This document shows, one piece after another, positions 41,118 through 44,283 of a stretch of 44,283 nt of DNA. The notes under the pieces were generated by a model. The model was given only the letters and a program-made list of their open reading frames with translations. It was not told the origin of the DNA and did not search any database. Position 1 is the first letter of the stretch. Each line of letters opens with the position of its first letter. Position numbers and translations under genes: made by a program. This DNA is from a virus, in the IMG/VR virus record IMGVR_UViG_3300009421_000008, positions 1 to 44,283 of that record; one strand, given 5' to 3'.

Positions 41118-41495
41118 TCAAGGATCTCGCTTGGGCCAAGGGTCTCTCTTGCCGCCCGAATATTGTCTAGCCAGCCCTTTGTCAATCATCACAGCCGACA
41201 GCTCTCGCCCGTCTTTAAGTGTGATTGTGGCAATGAACCTTCCGTACTTGCCAGTTTTATCCTTGAACGTCTGGATATGGTCGATGCCGTCAGACGTAAG
41301 GAGGCGGGCGTAGTCCGTAGCCTCATTGTAGAACATGTCGCCGCGCTCAGGAGTGTCGTGGTTTGCACACCTGAATTGGGCCTTGCGCAGCACATCCATC
41401 CCCAGATCCATCAGAGCATTGAACGTGTCGCCGTCTACCCAGCGCGTGATTTCAACGTGCCAATAGATAAACTTCATGTTTTCTTGGCCGCTCAT
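41118..41495 (-). CDS. Staphylococcal-nuclease-like (SNase/thermonuclease) protein
   Basis: WVDGDTF, RCANHDTPE, GKYGRFIATI and IDKGLA match the SNase core motifs. ATGA overlap with the upstream gene at 41495. Confidence 0.7.
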   Translation of the reverse strand: MSGQENMKFIYWHVEITRWVDGDTFNALMDLGMDVLRKAQFRCANHDTPERGDMFYNEATDYARLLTSDGIDHIQTFKDKTGKYGRFIATITLKDGRELSAVMIDKGLARQYSGGKRDPWPKRDP

Positions 41496-41767
41496 TTCTG
41501 TAACCACCTTGGCCATTTGGCTAACCAGCCGAACGCGTCAACTGCGGCGAAATATACTTTGGCTACAGCTCTCCACGCCCGGTCTCTTACTGCTGCGCAC
41601 AAGCAGCATTCTTTGAACTCATGATCAGATAGCGCTCTGGCTTTAGTTGGATTTTTGTAGTCCTCGTCGTGCTGCTTACAACAGGCGTTGAACTTTTGGC
41701 TCAACCATTTCCGTAACCATTTTGGCCACCCCTGCGGCCCACAGTAATAAGGTGGTTTTATGCCCAT
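41492..41767 (-). CDS. Small protein with secreted-phospholipase-A2-like motifs
   Basis: 91 aa. YYCGPQG resembles the Ca-loop YCGxGG. ACCKQHDEDY matches the catalytic CCxxHDxxY (His-Asp at 41666-41671). Further Cys residues at ECCLC. The ATG is 1 nt after the o-spanin stop. Confidence 0.5.
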   Translation of the reverse strand: MGIKPPYYCGPQGWPKWLRKWLSQKFNACCKQHDEDYKNPTKARALSDHEFKECCLCAAVRDRAWRAVAKVYFAAVDAFGWLAKWPRWLQK

Positions 41768-41768
41768 G

Positions 41769-42050
41769 CTAATCCTGATATGTCCGGCGGAACCACTCTT
41801 GTAACCCCAGCAACTTTTCTCTGGCCGGGTACATCAATTCGCCGTAGTTAAGGCCGCAGACAAAAAGCTGTTTGTCTTTGTCTGGCGGGTAATCGAAATG
41901 GCTGTGAGGTTTAATGGGAGGTTCCAGCAGATTATCTGGCGGAGGGACTGGGAGCTTCGGAGCCGGGCAATCCGGGACTCTGTAAACTATCTTTTCTACG
42001 GGTTCCTGTGGCGAGATCATCGAGCAGCCCGCGAACACGGTCAGCAACAT
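41769..42050 (-). CDS. o-spanin (outer-membrane lipoprotein, Rz1-like), overlapped architecture
   Basis: Lipobox LTVFAGC followed by a Pro-rich mature region (PAPKLPVPPPDNLLEPPIKP). It is in the +1 frame, overlapping the i-spanin 3' end. The start is uncertain (ATG 42050, GTG 42080, or upstream ATGs up to 42188). Confidence 0.65.
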   Translation of the reverse strand: MLLTVFAGCSMISPQEPVEKIVYRVPDCPAPKLPVPPPDNLLEPPIKPHSHFDYPPDKDKQLFVCGLNYGELMYPAREKLLGLQEWFRRTYQD

Positions 42051-42426
42051 CGCACTCAGAAAGACGTTTGCCAAACTCACTGCTAAGGGCCGACAAAGCT
42101 GCTTCTCGGTCTTTTGTAACCTGTCTCGCCCGCCGCGCTGCTCTAGCGTTTGCATCTGCTCTCTCCTTTTCTTGCTTGACCCGTTCATTCATCTGCTCTA
42201 GCTCTGCGTCAAGCAAGTTCTTTAGTTTAGCCGCTTCTGATTCTTGCCAGTTAAGCCGGTCTGATCTTCTTCCATCTATGCAGGCTGACAAGCCCGATTC
42301 GGCGTCTGATACTTTCTTTTCAAGGCTGTTAACAACACTGTTGTGGTACATCCACGCGGCAAGGGCAATTGCTCCTGCGCCAATGATGGGCAGGAACGGT
42401 CTAACAACTAGAAGGGCTGGATGCAT
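41932..42426 (-). CDS. i-spanin (Rz-like)
   Basis: N-terminal TM segment PFLPIIGAGAIALAAWMY, then a long charged coiled-coil region. TAATG coupling to the endolysin. Confidence 0.7.
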   Translation of the reverse strand: MHPALLVVRPFLPIIGAGAIALAAWMYHNSVVNSLEKKVSDAESGLSACIDGRRSDRLNWQESEAAKLKNLLDAELEQMNERVKQEKERADANARAARRARQVTKDREAALSALSSEFGKRLSECDVADRVRGLLDDLATGTRRKDSLQSPGLPGSEAPSPSAR

Positions 42427-42830
42427 TAGTCAGGCCTTTTCATTTGTATGTGTGGGCCGTCCTTAGATTTCCAACGGCCTCCCCATGTCAATTCTACTCC
42501 GATCTGAATGCTTGCTGGTCTGTAACACCCAAGCCAAACTCTCTCGTAAGGAGCCATCTCTTGGACGACCTTGTTGCGATGGACCAAAGCAAAATCGATT
42601 GCATAGGCCTTGCCGTCTTTCCAAGGAAGGTGGTAGCTATCCATCGTCCACGATGCTCCCGCTCTGACGTATTCTTCTTGCTCGGCAAGGGTTCTGACCC
42701 CGTCAGTAATGACCATAGCGCAGCCAGACAACTGAGTGACTTCATAGTCGAAGTAATCAAATGCTTTGATGGCAACCAACTGAAGCTTGTCAGCTACGCC
42801 AATCAAATTTCTCGTAGACCTTTTATCCAT
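42426..42830 (-). CDS. Endolysin, peptidase M15 (VanY / L-alanyl-D-glutamate peptidase-like)
   Basis: DGVRTLAEQEEYV, MDSYHL...AYAIDF and WGGRWKSKDGPHIQM give the H/D/H zinc-ligand pattern of M15 peptidases. Confidence 0.75.
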   Translation of the reverse strand: MDKRSTRNLIGVADKLQLVAIKAFDYFDYEVTQLSGCAMVITDGVRTLAEQEEYVRAGASWTMDSYHLPWKDGKAYAIDFALVHRNKVVQEMAPYERVWLGCYRPASIQIGVELTWGGRWKSKDGPHIQMKRPD

Positions 42831-43000
42831 TATCCGACCGGCTGTTTAGTCAACTCGCGCAAGAAAATGTTTGCCAGCGAAGACCCTAGTAAAACGTAAG
42901 GTGACCAGGATCCAAATACAGAGGACTGGGTCTCTAGAACCGCCAGCGCTAGAATGGCGCAGTTGAACCAGTATGTCTTACTTTTGTATCGTGGCTTCAT
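42830..43000 (-). CDS. Holin candidate (56 aa, two TM segments), not in the ORF track
   Basis: MKPRYKSKTYWFNCAILALAVLETQSSVFGSWSPYVLLGSSLANIFLRELTKQPVG. The ATG lies 1 nt after the upstream stop, and its TAA overlaps the endolysin ATG (TAATG). Confidence 0.6.
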   Translation of the reverse strand: MKPRYKSKTYWFNCAILALAVLETQSSVFGSWSPYVLLGSSLANIFLRELTKQPVG

Positions 43001-43001
43001 G

Positions 43002-43547
43002 TCACTCTCCGAATATCATTTTGCTCAGGGTCACCTTCTTGGGGTCTTCAATGACAAACGGAATCGGCTCCACAAACAGACTTACCTGATACCCAATCAA
43101 ATTGAGCTGATGCCCAAACAATTGAAAGTTAACCGCATGACATGAGTAAACAATCTCTGACGCATAGAACCCCGCTCCAGGATTCATCCAAGACGGCACC
43201 CGGAATCGAATAGGCGCACGACTGATTGCCGCCTGAGAGCGTGCAATCAAATCCTTGAAGCTGACCCTGACGGTTCTTAGTTCTTCTTTCCATCGTTTGG
43301 CGTCGGTCACTGTTCGATAAATTGTCATATTGCAATGGTGGTCAAGCGCACGTTGTCGATCTACCTCGATCCACATTTCAACCCGCTTGCCTGGTGCGGC
43401 GTTTTTCACCGACACAACATCTATCACCCTAGCCGGTGGCGTTCTTTCAAGCGCTTTCACCCAAACAAAAACAGCTAAAGCAGGGATTGCAAGCAGCCAC
43501 AGCCAATTATGGTGGCGCTCAAACCATCTATATCCTCGGTCTATCAT
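43002..43547 (-). CDS. Membrane-anchored protein of unknown function (181 aa from ATG 43547)
   Basis: ATGA overlap with the upstream ORF. N-terminal TM segment WLWLLAIPALAVFVWV, then a roughly 130-aa soluble domain. Confidence 0.5.
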   Translation of the reverse strand: MIDRGYRWFERHHNWLWLLAIPALAVFVWVKALERTPPARVIDVVSVKNAAPGKRVEMWIEVDRQRALDHHCNMTIYRTVTDAKRWKEELRTVRVSFKDLIARSQAAISRAPIRFRVPSWMNPGAGFYASEIVYSCHAVNFQLFGHQLNLIGYQVSLFVEPIPFVIEDPKKVTLSKMIFGE

Positions 43548-43774
43548 TGATTCAACCACTCTAAAATTGCGGCCTTCGCAATCCACACCAAGAAACCGCC
43601 GATGATGGTCAAAGGTGAAAGCACTTTCAGAACGCGGAAATACCCGTCTATCTGCCATTGCTTGAATTTCCCTTTGTCAATGAGTTCTTGAATTGACTTT
43701 TCATTTTCTAACAATCTGAAAAGAGCTGCAGTTTGCTCGCGAGATAAATTTGGCGGGATGTGTTCATTGCTCAC
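43544..43774 (-). CDS. Small C-terminally anchored membrane protein (76 aa)
   Basis: A single TM segment LSPLTIIGGFLVWIAKAAIL after a hydrophilic N-terminus. It is the first gene after the tailspike. Confidence 0.45.
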   Translation of the reverse strand: MSNEHIPPNLSREQTAALFRLLENEKSIQELIDKGKFKQWQIDGYFRVLKVLSPLTIIGGFLVWIAKAAILEWLNQ

Positions 43775-43868
43775 GGCTCGCTCGCTGACTACAGGTTGAA
43801 GGGATCATGGCCGTTGAACATCCGGGTGCTGGTGTGTGTGGGGGATGGGGTCATCTTTTAGTTGCACT

Positions 43869-44160
43869 CTAGGCAGAGAACGAAATATCGCGAAGCCAAG
43901 GAACCTTCCTCGGATCAATAACAATAGGGCCGTGTATCGGGTTGTTTACTGTGATCACTTGTTGGAAATCAATCGAAATTGCAGACGCTGATATGTAGCG
44001 CCCACCTTTGTCGATTTCCATGAGGGCATTCCCAGAAACTGGATTGAGGCTCAAATACTCAGCCTCGTTGTAAAGACCTTGGCCAGAGAAGCCAGGAAGT
44101 GATGTCGCATTTAAGAACAGATTCTTTTGAGTGATATTCCCGTTCGGACGCGGAGTCTCC
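43869..44160 (-). CDS. 3' portion of the junction-spanning PL6-like tailspike ORF (C-terminal 97 aa)
   Basis: The frame stays continuous when positions 2..1 are joined to 44160: ...AWEES|ETPRPNGNITQKNLFLNATSLPGFSGQGLYNEAEYLSLNPV.... The track's 43869..44054 ORF is the tail of this frame and ends at a TAG. Confidence 0.75.
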
Positions 44161-44283
44161 GACTCTTCCCAAGCTGACTGAAGGTCAGCGTGAAAATCGA
44201 AGCCAACTAGCAGATTGTGGGTCTGCTGATTCTCAGTTGATGCTCTATAAGAATCTGCCGCAGTCTGACCAACAAGCCTGGCA
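44161..44283. repeat. Terminal direct repeat, copy 2 (identical to 1..123)
   Basis: Same 123-nt string as 1..123. It lies inside an open reading frame, so it is not an intergenic terminal repeat. Confidence 0.95.

Noticed and set aside
42008-42899. Plus-strand ORFs 42008..42466 and 42444..42899, antisense to the spanin and endolysin genes
   Set aside because: The minus-strand genes have clear functional motifs (M15 ligands, lipobox, TM + coiled coil) and TAATG coupling. The plus-strand ORFs are shadows.
1-44283. A search for integrase, CI/Cro-type repressor, tRNA, rRNA, CRISPR repeats or transposase
   Set aside because: No ORF showed Tyr/Ser-recombinase, DDE or repressor-peptidase motifs. 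No intergenic gap is long enough or structured like a tRNA, and there is no regularly spaced repeat array. The genome looks like that of a virulent phage, although absence of evidence from reading by eye is not proof.

Overview
The window is one complete tailed-phage genome. Positions 1-123 are identical to 44161-44283, so the sequence closes on itself with a unit length of 44,160 bp.

Layout: two arms diverge at about 24.8-25.1 kb and converge on back-to-back terminators at about 41.0 kb.

Late arm (minus strand, 24.8 kb down to 1, continuing across the junction from 44160 to 41118):
- Packaging and head: HNH endonuclease, small and large terminase, portal, ClpP-like prohead protease, HK97-type major capsid protein, head-tail joining proteins.
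- Tail: major tail protein, tail chaperone with a canonical A_AAA_AAG -1 frameshift, tape measure, an RcGTA-like distal tail module, a J-like host-specificity protein.
- Three consecutive large carbohydrate-active tail proteins: FN3+GH16, a clan GH-A TIM barrel, and a PL6-like beta-helix lyase. The PL6-like ORF spans the window junction and is absent from the ORF track.
- Lysis region: two membrane proteins, an untracked 56-aa holin, an M15 endolysin, overlapped i-/o-spanins, a small protein with secreted-PLA2 signature motifs, and an SNase-like nuclease.

Early arm (plus strand, 25.1-40.9 kb):
- Replication and recombination: Toprim + SF3 primase-helicase, DUF1643, family A DNA polymerase, Cas4-like nuclease, VRR-NUC nuclease, SNF2 helicase.
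- A J-domain + zinc-finger 'mini-DnaJ' ORF that overlaps its upstream neighbour out of frame.
- A nucleotide-metabolism block: SAM methyltransferase, MazG-like pyrophosphohydrolase, dNMP-kinase-like protein, ThyA-family enzyme, dCMP deaminase. The ThyA-family enzyme has Asp where thymidylate synthases have the uracil-specifying Asn, which suggests a dCMP-modifying pathway (5-hmC or 5-mC).

Non-coding structure:
- Ten copies of GGCAAC/GTTGCC plus a perfect 23-bp inverted repeat flanking an AT-rich core in the divergent control region.
- A recurring promoter element with an embedded palindrome, AATAACTAGTTATT.

Not found: integrase, repressor module, tRNA, rRNA or CRISPR array.

Limits: all family assignments come from motifs read by eye. 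No database or HMM search was possible.
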